NCBI GenBank assembly: GCA_030704615.1
Contig: CM060731.1
Span: 28,768,001-28,832,000 of the forward strand
Length of the DNA stretch: 64,000 nucleotides
Source: Takakia lepidozioides
Taxonomy: Eukaryota; Plantae; Bryophyta
Reading direction: 5' to 3'
In this document: positions 25,101 to 37,600 of the stretch, one piece after another
How positions within the stretch are numbered: the stretch's first letter is position 1
Layout: every line of letters begins with the position of its first letter
Position numbers and translations under genes: made by a program
Notes under the pieces: model-generated
The model's database searches: none
What the model saw: the letters and a program-made list of their open reading frames with translations, nothing else
What the model was told of the DNA's origin: nothing

Positions 25101-25632
25101 ATCTTTCATCTCCTCTACCAGTGCGTTGTACATTATGTCCGCCCATTCTACCTCTTCTCCTCTCAGGGCTTTGAGTATTTCTTCTGTGAAGGATCTGCTC
25201 AAATACTGTTGTTTATAAACAGAACGTTCAATACCTGGCCTACCTCCCTTAGCCCTGGGTACACGGCCTTGGTACAAGCATAACCCTGAGTTTTAAAGAA
25301 ACTCCCTTCTTGGAATAAGTCCCCTATTTGCAGTCTTGCCCTGTGCTCCTCCACATGCACCTGACCTGCTGGCAATCGAAACAATTGCTGTAGATATAGG
25401 GGAGTAATTACTAATTCAACTCCCTTCACCGTTGTTGCTCCTGTCCTTGGCTCAAAGTTCTGCAAGAATTGTAACATGTACTGTCTATGGTGCAATGTCC
25501 AATCTTTGCTTTGCAATCCTTCCAATCGCAGCTCCTTCAGTAACTTCACCGCCTGTGGAGTAGCAATCGTTTGTTTCTGCAGGATTGTGGTGCTCTTCAC
25601 CCTGATTTCTTCCATTCCTCTCACTCTCTTCA
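22131..25632 (-). pseudogene. Extra ORF of copy C, frameshifted
   Basis: Collinear with 15505-19056 (MKRVRGMEEI..RFANPNQ). Confidence 0.88.
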
Positions 25633-26329
25633 TTCTAGACCCACAGAAATATTTTGGCTGTAACAATTGAAGAAATGCCTGTAGTGCACAAAAATAAACG
25701 TATGGTTGCCACAAAAAGCTATGGGTAATTTCTTGTAAGCCTGCGGGGCTTGCAAGCATCGATCAAGAGAAAAGATCCGTTCTGTTCTTTCGTCCCTATG
25801 CCACTGCGTAAGTAATATTGCGAGCGTATAGTCTGTTAGTTCCTCCATAGCTTCAAAGCTATCGCATTGATGGTTTGTCCCGTCGAGACGCCCGTTACTT
25901 AGAACGACGCCGACTCTTGCGCTTAATTTCCCTCCAATTTCTTGATCCCTTCTCTGGCTTTCGATTGGCTGTAACCGCTGTGACTGGATTTTAGATTTAA
26001 TTTTCTTTAGTGGACTTTCCCTGCTGGACTGTCCACTAGGATAACACATGTGACAAGAATTTCGCTTTTCTGTACTTGCCGTTTGTTCTGTTGCCCCTTT
26101 TCTGTATTCATTAATGGGCCCGCCATTCATCCAATTGACGCGCTGATTAGGTATTTTGACGGCCATTCTTGTCCTCTTTCTTGTGAGACATCTGTTCTTG
26201 CACTTCCTTCTCAGCTGTGTGTTGCGCCCTGACTTCCACGTGTCCCTTTCTAAACTGGACTTCCGTCCTTTCTTCCGCCGGCCATTTCCCTGAAGTTATC
26301 ATGCGTCCACCTGTCACTGATTCTATGGA

Positions 26330-26730
26330 TTGTGTAACCCTAGTAGGCTGTGTTAGCTGTGACAGGCTGTGTCATACTGTGGTATGCCGTGATAGGCTGT
26401 GATACACTGTGGTAAGCTGTGATAGGCTGTGACACGCTGTGTGTAGTCTTGTGATATGCTGGTGTCGCGCCTTGAATGGGCTGTGATAGGCCTATGTCGC
26501 GCTTTGATGGGCTGTGATAGGCTGTGTCGTGCGCTTTGATGGGCTGTGATAGGCTGTGTACGTGCCTTGATGGGCTGTGATAGTCTGTAGCGCTCCTTGA
26601 TGGACTGTGATAGGCTGTGTCGCGCTTGTTCTGCCCGCCCCGGTCAATATGTGTGATAGTCTGTAGCGCTCCTTGATGGACTGTGATAGGCTGTGTCCGC
26701 GCTTGTTCTGCCCGCCCCGGTCAATATGCT
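26330..26730. repeat. GGCTGTGATAGGCTGTG tandem repeats plus a ~78-bp duplication
   Basis: Direct reading. Confidence 0.85.
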
Positions 26731-26839
26731 CGGCCTAGCGACAAGTGACTCCATATTCCGTTGGTAAACTGGCGCAGCCCGTGACGGCTTTTGCTTTCAA
26801 CATGCAATCATGCTGTATAATGGTTTGTCATGGATACCA

Positions 26840-29800
26840 CTATACCCTTCAACTTATTGGCATGACTCTTCCCAGTATTTCTTTTGTAATGGTTTGTAAC
26901 ATGGCGGTGTTGTTATCATACATCTTTGTATGAATAGGTCCTTTCCATGGTGATTAAGCTTAGAAGCTTTATCTTTCCCTTCTTCTGCAACCATAGAACC
27001 AAATTTCCCGTCTTAAAAGTCTTTAACTTGCCTTCATTAACTGTTCCTTCCTCTTCATCGGAATTCTCGTCATATTATCAGCTGCATCAGCAGTACTTCT
27101 TCCACATGGTATAATTCATGTTTCCTGACCTTAATGGAATCTTGCAATTCCATCTCTTTCCCATTCCGTTCTCATGGTAGGTAACAGGAATTCCACTGGT
27201 GGAAGTAAAACTTCCATACCATAAACTAATTGGAATGGTGTATACTAGTGGTGACTTTATATGAAGTCTTGTATGACCACAAAGCTGTCAGCAGCTTTGT
27301 ATCCCAATCCGTTCTGTTTGCATTGACTATCTTAGTCAAGATAGTACATAGTATTTTGTTGGTAGCCTCTGCCTGCCCATTACCTGTGGGTAATATGTTG
27401 TACTCTTCCTATGCACAATTAGGAACTCTTTAGTCAATAATTCATGGTCTCATTAATGAAGTGACTTCCCTGATCCCTGATAAATTCCAAGGGACAGCCA
27501 AATCGTGTAAGTATGTTCTCATACAGAAACCTTGCTGTGGACTTGGCTGTGTTGTCCCTCAAAGCTTTAGCTTCCACCCACTTCGTAGTATAATCAGTGG
27601 TTGTAATTATGTACCTGTTCTGTGTATTCTGGCTGGTGGGTTAATTGGTCCAACAAAGTCTAGTCCCCATTTCTGAAATGGTTCCGTAGGCATTGTAGGA
27701 TGCAAAGCCATTTCCCAGATCTTTGCAAGGTCCTAGCCTCTGACATTCATCACAACTCTGACAATATTTGTGTACATCTTTGAACAAAGTAGGCCACCAG
27801 TAACCTGCATGTAGTATTTTCCTGCTGGTAGTCTCTTCTCCAAAATGACCTCCTGCCACTCGTTTATGAACTTCCTCCAAAACTTATTACCTTCATGGTG
27901 GTATAAGCATCGCTTCAGCACTCCATCTCGTCCTAGCTCATACATTCTGCTCCCTACCATAGTATAAGGTAGAGCCTTGATAGCAATTCTCTTTCTCTGC
28001 TCCTTTCCATAACTTGGTGGGCACTGACCTTGAGCAAGGTAGTATCTGATTGGCCACTGCCAATCTAACCAGTCATCTGCACTTCCCTGCACCTCCACTG
28101 CAAATAGACTCGCATCTGGTAATTGATCATCTACTCCTGTGGTGGTTCTCCTGTTGATAACCGTGACAAGTGATCCGCCACAAGATGCAGTCTCCCAGGC
28201 TTGTAAACAACCTCGAACCTCAAACTCGTGCAAGATTATCAACCATCTTGCTATTCTTCCGCTTATCAGAGGTTTGTTTACCAGGTATATCAGAGCCTGG
28301 TGATCCACATAGAACATAAACTTCTTGCCCAACAAGTAATGCCTGAATTTCTTCACTGCATAGATCATTGCCAATGCTTCTCTTTCCGTGTGCTATAATT
28401 CTTTCGGCATTGTTCATCAATCGGCTAGCATAGTACACAGGTGAATCTATCATTCCTGTTACATTTTGGGATAACACTGCTCCTAGTGCTTCTCCAGAAT
28501 CATCACAGTGAACATGAAATATTTCCTGCCAGTGAGGACTAATCAGCACAGGTGTAGTTGTTACTGACAATGTAAGTTCCTCAAAAGCCTGTTGACATTC
28601 AGCTGTCCATGCAAACACTGCATCTTTCTTCAGAAGCTTGCTCAATGGTGCTGCTATCTGTGCATACCTTTTGACAAATCTTCTGTAATAACTGGTTTGT
28701 CCAAGGAATCTCCTTAGACTCTTAACATTTACTGGTGGTGGAGAGGCTTTAATGGCCTCTGTCTTGTTTGGGGATCCACAAGAAGTCCCCTCTTACACAC
28801 AATGTGTCCCAAAAAGCACCCTGAGTTCACACAGAAAGTACACTTCTCTGGATTCAGGCCCAGACCTCTCATCCTGCATCTGGCCAAACATAACTCCAAT
28901 TTATGCAAGTGCTCATTCTTAGAGCTGTACACACTGAAATCATCCAAGAACACCTGCATGAATCATCCAGATATCATGAAAAGATTCACTTATCACTCTC
29001 TGAAAGGTTGCTAGTGCATTACAAAGTCCAAAGGGCATGAATTTGTATGCATAAGCACCCCAGTCTGTGATGAAAGTTGTCTTTCCTTGGTCTTCTTCTG
29101 CCACTTGCACTTGATTATAACACTTGAAGCCATCCATGAATGACTACATCTCATGGCCTGCCACAGTGTCCAACACCGCTTCTGTGAATGGCAAAGGAAA
29201 AGGATCTTTCTTCGTGCAAGCATTCAACTTCTTATAGTTCACACAAACTCTCAGTTTACCATTCTTCTTGGGAACTATCACAATGGGTGACAACCAAGTT
29301 GTATACTCTATTGGGTATATAAACTTAGCCTCAGCCAACTTCTTGATCTCTTCTCCAACCTTCTGTGCGTAGTTGGGATTCATTCTGTACCTTGCTTGCT
29401 TGATTGGTACTGACCCCGGTTCCAGTTCAATCTTATGATGACAGATTTCAAGTGGTATCCCTTTTAAATCCTCATAGCTCCAAGCAAATACATCTGTATT
29501 TGATGAACAAACTCTTAGCTTCTTCAAAGAATTCTGGCTCCAATCAGCTCCTACCTTTCACCATCCTCGGTTCCTCTTGAGTTCCCACATTCACTCCCTC
29601 ACTTGCTCATCAGCTGTGATTGTCCAACCAGTCACCACTTCATCCTGTAAACTCACAGTGGCTGGTTCCTCTAGGATTTCCATTTCTCCTTCTTTTTCTT
29701 CATAGAAATGTGATGGGTAACTGCTGGTTTCCTCTTCAATCGGTGTTGTTGACACTACACCACAGCAGATACCCCTTAAACAACTTAGGCTTCCAGCCGC

Positions 29801-30832
29801 ATCTCTGCAACCTGCTCCCACTCGGGTGTGCAGCAAATAGGGTAGCTTCCTGCTCCTCATCCAGTCCTTCTCTCCAGTCATACTCTCTGACCCCTCGAGG
29901 TCTTCTCGTAGCAGGTAATCTACTAGATTTTTTGTGGTAATTTGTATCTCATGCATCCCATTATGCACGGTTAGTAACTGAGAATTCCAGCCATGGAATA
30001 CCCTGGCCTGTTTCAGCCACGGACGTCCCAATAATAAGGAGTAAGCCTCCATGACTTCATCCATTTTCAACACAGTTACTGTGATCATAAAGATCATCTT
30101 TTGAATCTGTATCTTAACTCCTCTTATCAATCCCAATGGTTGTACACTTCTTTGATCTGCCATTGTTACTGTAAATGGGGCTGGTTTCATGTTACTTAGG
30201 CCAAGCTTCTTTCGTAATTGGTCTGTCATGATGTTCACTCCAGAGCCTCCATCTATCAATACATCAGTTAGTTCTGTGCTTCCAATTTTCAATTGGATTA
30301 CTGGCATAGAATCATCAAAGTCCATGACTGTTTCTCGCCCTTCCGGCTTCACATTATAACTGGTCACCTTGCTGTTTAGGTCTGTGTTTCCTGTCACATG
30401 GGCAATTCGATTGATTGCTTGATACAGCCTGTGTCTACAATAAGGTGCCACAGCCAATAGCTATCCAATGGTAATCTCCGCTTTGGTCTGGCATATTACT
30501 TCAGCCAAAGTCCCTTCATTACTTTGCATGTCTGCACTTCTTTCTTCCTTTCATCCTCACTCACTCTTCTTCTCCATCAGAATCAGAGGAATCTGCCACA
30601 GGAATATCAGTGCTCTTCTGCATTTCCCTTATGGTATCTGCCACTTTCTTGTGCAGTTCCTTCTCATCTCTCCAAGCCTCATCATCTTCAGGCATATCAC
30701 TGCCACCTTCATTATCATCCTCTTCCTCTACTACTATAGGTATTAGTTTGGCTTTACTTCTTGTTACTATCATTGTACTTACTTTTGGTACAACACATGG
30801 CCTAACCATGTGAGCTGCCACCACTGTGCCCT
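26840..30832 (-). pseudogene. pol of copy C: protease, RT, RNase H, integrase (frameshifted)
   Basis: LIDGGSGVNI; VVPKKNGKLRVC-like, MPFGLCNA, VFLDDFSV; VYYASR, KKFRHYLLG, VDHQAL; GHFG..CDECQR; WKGP. Confidence 0.93.
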
Positions 30833-31618
30833 GGGGGGTGCTATTCCGTGAGCCTGGAGGCGTGAGCCTGTGAGCCCAGGAAAGCGTGAGCCCAGCACAG
30901 GCTCACGCCACGTCAGCATGCAAACAGTGCCTATTTCCGCGGATGTCACCTATTTCCGAGTGGTGTCACCTATTTCCGCGGGTTGATGTGGGGAGAATTG
31001 AGAATTGAGAACAAAGTGTTTGTTTGTTTTTGCAATGTACTCAAGTCTGTGAGGTCCACAAAACAACAAATATATTGAAGGAACAATCCGGGCAGTCCAT
31101 GCAACCCCCATCTCCAACAATAGTTTGGAACCATGAATGTGAATTCCATGCACACATTGCAAAGAGGACAATAAGGACACACAACCATCCCATTTCAAAT
31201 TTGTCCCAGAATTAAACCAAAAGAATACTTCATATCAAGTGTCGCAGTCATCACAATCAATGTCCACCTCCTGTGCTATGTCATCTACAAAGATTCTGGC
31301 CCCAACACCACGTGTTCTACGAAGGCCATCGCAAGGTGGACTCTGAGTGCCATGAACGGACATGCTTGCTGCGAGTGCCTCCGCATAGACAGGTAGCACA
31401 CAAGACCGAGGAGGACTGAAAACAAGTCCAAATAGGTGTGATAGCCCAGGAGGGCAAGTGGAAGCACGCGGACTCCTACACATGTCCACAAAATCCCATT
31501 TTTAACACAATGATGCAATGCACAAGTCCAACGAAGAGGATGTCTCCCATGTGCACTTTGCCTCAAGAACAGCGATTCTCGATATTGAAACAACAATGCA
31601 AGCATGCACAGGTTCAAC

Positions 31619-34600
31619 TTACTCACAGGCAAAGTCGGAGTCCAGCTCCTTGTCAGAAGTCTCCTCTGTACCAGTATCAGCGGGACGGGGCTTCGGAAGG
31701 ACCTGAGAAGTGTGTCCACCCAAACCCATCAGGAGGTTCTTGTAAATCTCAGCATCCCCTTCAATCCCAAAGACATGTCGCGCACTGGCCTTGCAAGCGT
31801 GGTACGAAGCACCTGCAGTGGAATAGAATGAAGTAAGCAGACATTGAAGACACATTCGGAACGGTGGAAAGTGCTGAAAGTGCAAGCTCAATCAAACCTC
31901 ATGAAATGTGAATGTTGAAGAGACGAACCTGTGCCCATCGACAAATCCAGAACTCTGGCGTCTGTGTAGGTGCAGCACTCCACAATCGTTTGAATGAAAG
32001 CCGGGCTCCTCTCCCTCGCCCCTCTCCAAGGAACCCCATTCCCCCTTCGCAAGCACACGTTGCTGTCGACGTAGTTGTGATGCATGTCATCCGTGGGAGG
32101 ATCTGTCCTGTCATCTATGAACTTGCCCCCGTGAGTGATGGCAAACTCCGTAATGCCGGCCGGAGTCGTTGGTGGATGCACCCGGACGAGACAAACAGCT
32201 TCAAACAGACGAGTCTGCGAACATGACATCCACAAGGAACTAAGAACCAAAATAAAATCGGGCCCCTACATATGAGTTGGAGCGACCTATACAACACAAT
32301 CCCAGAACAAAAAAGAAGAGGAAGAAGAAGGGAAACTCACCATCTCTCCCGGACGATCCCCCTTCGTAAGGTACATGCTGTTCACACAATTCCATGTCTT
32401 CACGACTCTCATGCCCGAGGCTTTCAAATAGCTGGCAAGGGCACGGCGACACCGAACATCGATGGACTGGATGAGAACCAAAACACCTGCATCGGAAAGG
32501 AAGAAGTTGCAAAAGGAAAAAACCCACCGCCAGTAGCGCTCATCAAAGTCCAAGATGATGAGTCCGCTTGCCTATGGCTTCTCTCCCGTTCACCCACGAT
32601 TTGGTCATTTTAGCCTGCAAACAAAAATACAAGGAATTTGACAAGTTTATAAACGATCCATGTCCAAGATGATGAGTCCGCTTGCCTATGGCTTCTCTCC
32701 CGTTCACCCACGATTTGGTCATTTTAGCCTGCAACAAAAATACAAGGAATTTCTGACAAGTTTATAAACGATCCATGCCCACAGCAGACAAAGAGAGCAG
32801 AAACCACAGAACCCAAGAGAACACGCACCGTGCTGAGGAACTCGACAATCCTCTCCCACACTGGTGATGGCTCGCCCTTGTAATCAGATTTCTTCGACTC
32901 CATCATTGCAAGGAACCCGACGTTGGCAATCTCCACCTGGTTGACGAATGACCCTCGTGGGATGTTCCACTGCATGGTACGGGTCCTTGGGATCAACCAC
33001 CCCTTGTTTTTTCTCCCGGATCCCCTACCATCAGTGGAGTCTGCTGGACATGCTCCACAGGGCCAATAGCTGCAACACTTCCCTGCCCTTGTGCCACCTT
33101 CCCTCTACCCCTTCCCTCTCTGAAGGAGGGCAATCAAATACCAAACCACAAGAAGAAAAGAAGAAAGATGGTCGACCCAGTCATTCTCTGAAGGAGGGCA
33201 ATCAAATACCAAACCACAAGAAGAAAAGAAGAAAGATGGTCGACCCAGTCATGCAAGAACCAGCAGGAACATGGTCTGGTTGCCAGCAGGGACAAGCCAA
33301 AGGTCCACGAAATCTGGTGTTTGCCAAGCAATCTCTTCCAAGAGAACAACTTAATGTACCGCAGGAACAGACAAGCCTCATTTTCCAATGACTATTTGGG
33401 TCCCAGCTTTTTCAACACACCAGGAAGACCCCCTTAAACAGTATGCCACACAACACATTGGCAACCACAACACAAGCAAAGAGTGCAAGGGTGTGCACCT
33501 GTAAAGGCATCGTTTCCAGGGCTTCCTCTCCTTTTTCCTGCTGGTCAAGCTCATTTGTTCGACTGATGCACCCCCTCCTTTGCTTGAACTCTCTAAAGAA
33601 ACCAGAGTGCCACACTGTGGCTCTCCATTTCCCTCATGTATGCTTCGAAGGAGACCTTCGGAGCTGTCATAGTGATGCCATAGTCAGCCAGCTGAGTATG
33701 CAGAACCGATCGGGCCCTTTCTTCCAACTGCAAACAATTGAAATGGAAGAATGAACCCGAAAACAGTCACAGCGAATGTAAGAGGCAATGGGAAGAGAAG
33801 GACAGAAAAGAGAAAAGAAAGTGAGTACGACTGAGGACATCACACCTGGCTCCAGTAAGTGGCCTTGTGAAGCCAGGTTGTCCAGCACATTGTCACTGAC
33901 AGGAACGACACGATGGGTCTTCTTCTCCTTCTCTGGCCTTGGAACAATGTGGGTATCCCTAACTGTGGGATCGGAGTTCCATATCTGTAGCCACTTTCAC
34001 CTTCTGTTCAGAAGACACACGGCGGGGGTAGACAACCTGTGAAAAATTCTCCTGGGCATCTCCGGCTTGCCTGGCTTGTTATAATGGTTTTTTATCTCCA
34101 GGAGAAATGCGGCCCGAATGATGGGTCGGCCATTCTCAACTGCTTCACAAAAGCACTCCTTATGTCCTTCTTTGTAGGTTCATCTCCTTCTGGATGTGAC
34201 TTTCAACCCCCTTTGCTGTCCTTCTCTCCTCAGGGGTAGGGTAGAGCTGTATGTAGTATTCAGTTTGCCACGCTCCCTGCATCTGCAATGTCTTCCTGCA
34301 AAGGAATGCAAGAGAGTTTGCATCAATCCAAGGTCAAGGGAGACAGACAGAAACAAACATGTGGAAGCAGGAAAGGAATATGGAAAGGCCAGATGAAGAA
34401 GATGTATCTCACCGTGTACATGTACTCAATGAAAGCCTCACGGGTCAACGAAGTACCATGTTTCCGAAGTCTTGGAGCTTCGCATTTCTTATACATCTCT
34501 GCCGAAAGGTGGTCTTGAAGTTGGTCAAGGCATCTGCCCGATCCTTTGTATCCTATACAGTGTGTGAACCAGACTCGTTTTGACATGCGATGTCTCCGTC

Positions 34601-37600
34601 CTCTGCAGAATGATATCTGAATTTCAGAATGTAATTCAAGGACTTGAATCAAGGAAGAACGGAACAGAGAAGTGAAACATGTACACTGAGAAACCAACCT
34701 GTTCAATCATTTCATTGCCGTCAGAAGACCCATCATGTTGTCGTCACAATCAAGCACCATCGATCGAACAGAGTAATAGCCACTCTTCCTCATGTTGTGA
34801 GTGCAGCCTCCAATGACAGCCATCCATGCAAGCAACGGGTGGTTGCCATCCAAAACGTGAAAACATCTTCCCGAGATACTTGGGTGGAAGGTTTCCTGGA
34901 GAGAAGAAGTCGAAGGATTCGTTCCCTGTCTCCAAAAGGGGTCCCAGGAGTCGACGATTGACTCATCCAAAAGGAGCTGTTACTCTAGAATCCCTAGTAG
35001 AAACGTAAAAGACTGCGGATCCATCCAAATACCATGAACAAACTCGGCCTCCAGCTTGAGAATGTCTGTGACAAGGGTGGACGAACGACGGGCATGGAAA
35101 CAACCTACACAGGGAATCTTCAACCTCCCACAGGAGCAAGCATACTTTGAACCACAAGCGAGTTTTTCACCTTTGACCCCCCCAGCATCTCAGGCGGCTT
35201 GCTTTCATAAAACTCATCGTCAACATCACTATGGTCTCCTTCCCCTGACCCTGAAGGGACCTCATCCGCCACCACTTTGCATTTTCTCCTGCAAGGTTTG
35301 TTCACTCAATTCTTATAAGAGAGGAATGAAACGTCGCACCGATGCATGGAAAAAGTGGGATATAAAAGGTAAGTGTTCTTTGAGCTGCCAGGTAAGTGTT
35401 CATTGTCCTCACGGACCTGCACTATGTTTCCCGATTTTCACAGGGAAAGAACATTGAAAAGTTCTGCTCAAATATCTGCCCATGAGGGCCGAAAGTTGCG
35501 CCCCTTCAATATTGCATATGTTCTGCCTAAACAGTGTGCGGTTCCGCGACGTTTGAGCTGAAGTTGAAGGGTTCATTTTATACTCAGAAATGTGCCCCTG
35601 AAGTCCAAATTTTGCCACCCAGAAAATTGAAATGCTCAGCTCAAACACTGTACGTTTGCTGCACGCACACTTGTTTGGGCTGACAGTGAAGGATTCATAT
35701 CATCCCAGAGGGGTGCCCTGAAGTTCCAAATTTTTGCAGCCTGCTGAAACATTGAAGTTTTCCCTCAAACAGAGTGCGTTGCACCCGACACTGTCCGAGC
35801 TGGCATGAAGGGTTCATTTCACCTAACATAACAGACATCAAGACCAAATTTTGAACCCTAAAACATTGAAAAGGTCTGCTCAAACAGTGTGCGTTGTTGC
35901 CGCACACTGTTTGAGCTGGTTTTGAAGGTTTCATTTCAATCCTCAGATAACAGGACAGCAAAGACCAAATTTTGCACCCCTCTAACATTGAAATGTTCAG
36001 CTCAAACAGTTGTGCGTTGCCGACACACTGTCTGAGCTGGCGTGAGGGTTCATTTCACCCTCACATAACAGACATCAAGACCAAATTTTGCACCCTAAAA
36101 CAGGGAAATGTTCAGCTCAAACAGTGTGGTTGCCGCACACTGTTTGAGCTGGCAGCCACAGTGTTCATTTCATCCTGAGATAGGTGCCCCTGAAGTAAAA
36201 TTTTGCCCCAGAAGAGAAACATTGAAAATGCTCAGCTCAAACCGTGTGCGTTGCCGCACACTGTCTGAGGCTGGCAGTGAAGGGTTCATTTCACCCTCAC
36301 ACAGGTGCCCCTGAATGAAGTCCAAAATTTTGCACCCAAAGAAACATTGAAATGCTCAGTCAAACAGTGTGCGTTGTTGCCGCACACTGTCTGACTGGCA
36401 GTGAAGGGTTCATTTCACCCTCACACAGGTGCCCCTGAAGTCCCAAATTTTGCACCCAGAAACATTGAAAATGCTCAGCTCAAACAGTGTGCGTTGCCGC
36501 ACACTGTCTGAGCTGTGGCAGTGAAGGGTTCATTTCACCCTCACATAACAGAACATCAACAAGACCAAATTTTGCACCCTAAAACATTGAAATGCTCAGC
36601 TCAACAGGTGTGCGTTGCCGCACACTGTCTGAGCTGCAGTGAAGGGTTCATTTCACCCTCACCTAACAGACTCAAGACCAAATTTTGCACCTAAAACATT
36701 GAAATGCTCAGCTCAAACAGTGTGCGTTGCCGCACACTGTTTGAGCTGGCAGAACAGTGTCATTTCATCCTGAGATAGGTGCCCTGAAGTCCAAATTTTG
36801 CACCAAGAAACATTGAAGTTGCTTTGCTCAAACAGTGTGCGTTGCCGCACACTGTTTGGGCTGACAGTGAAGGGTCATTTCATCCTCAAACAGGTGCCCC
36901 TGAAGACCAAATTTTGCACCTATAACATTGAAATGTTCAGCTCAAAAAGTGTGCGTTGCCCGCAACCGTTTGGGCTGACAGTGAAGGGTTTCATTTCACC
37001 TTCAAACAGGTGCCCCCTGAAGACCAAATTTTGCACCCAGAAACATTGAAATGTTCAGCTCGAAACAGTGTGCGTGCCGCACACTGTTTGGGCTGACAGT
37101 GAAGGGTTCATTCATCCTCAGAGAGGGCCTCTGAAGAGTCCAAATTTTGCACCCTGATGAACATGAAGTTGTTCAGCTCAAACAGTGTGCGTTGCCGCAC
37201 ACTGTTTGGGGGCTGACTGGTGAAGGGTTCATTTCATCCCCAACAGGTGCCCCTGAAGTCCAAATTTTGCACCCTGAAAACATTGAAGTGTCAGCTCAAA
37301 CAGTATGCGTTGCCGCACAATTGTTCGCTGACAGTGTGGGGGTTTCATTTCATCCTCAGAAGGCTGCCCCTGGAGTTCAAATTTTCCACCCAGAAACATT
37401 AAATGCTCAGCTCAAACAGTGGGCGTTGCCGCACACTGTTAGCTGGCAGTGAAGGTTCATTTCACACTCACATAACAGACATCAAGACCAAATTTGACCC
37501 TAAAACATTGAAATGTCAGCTCAAACAGTGTGCGTTGCCGCACACTGTTGAGCTGAAGAACAGTGTTCATTTCATCCTGAGAAGGTGCCCCTGAAGTCCA

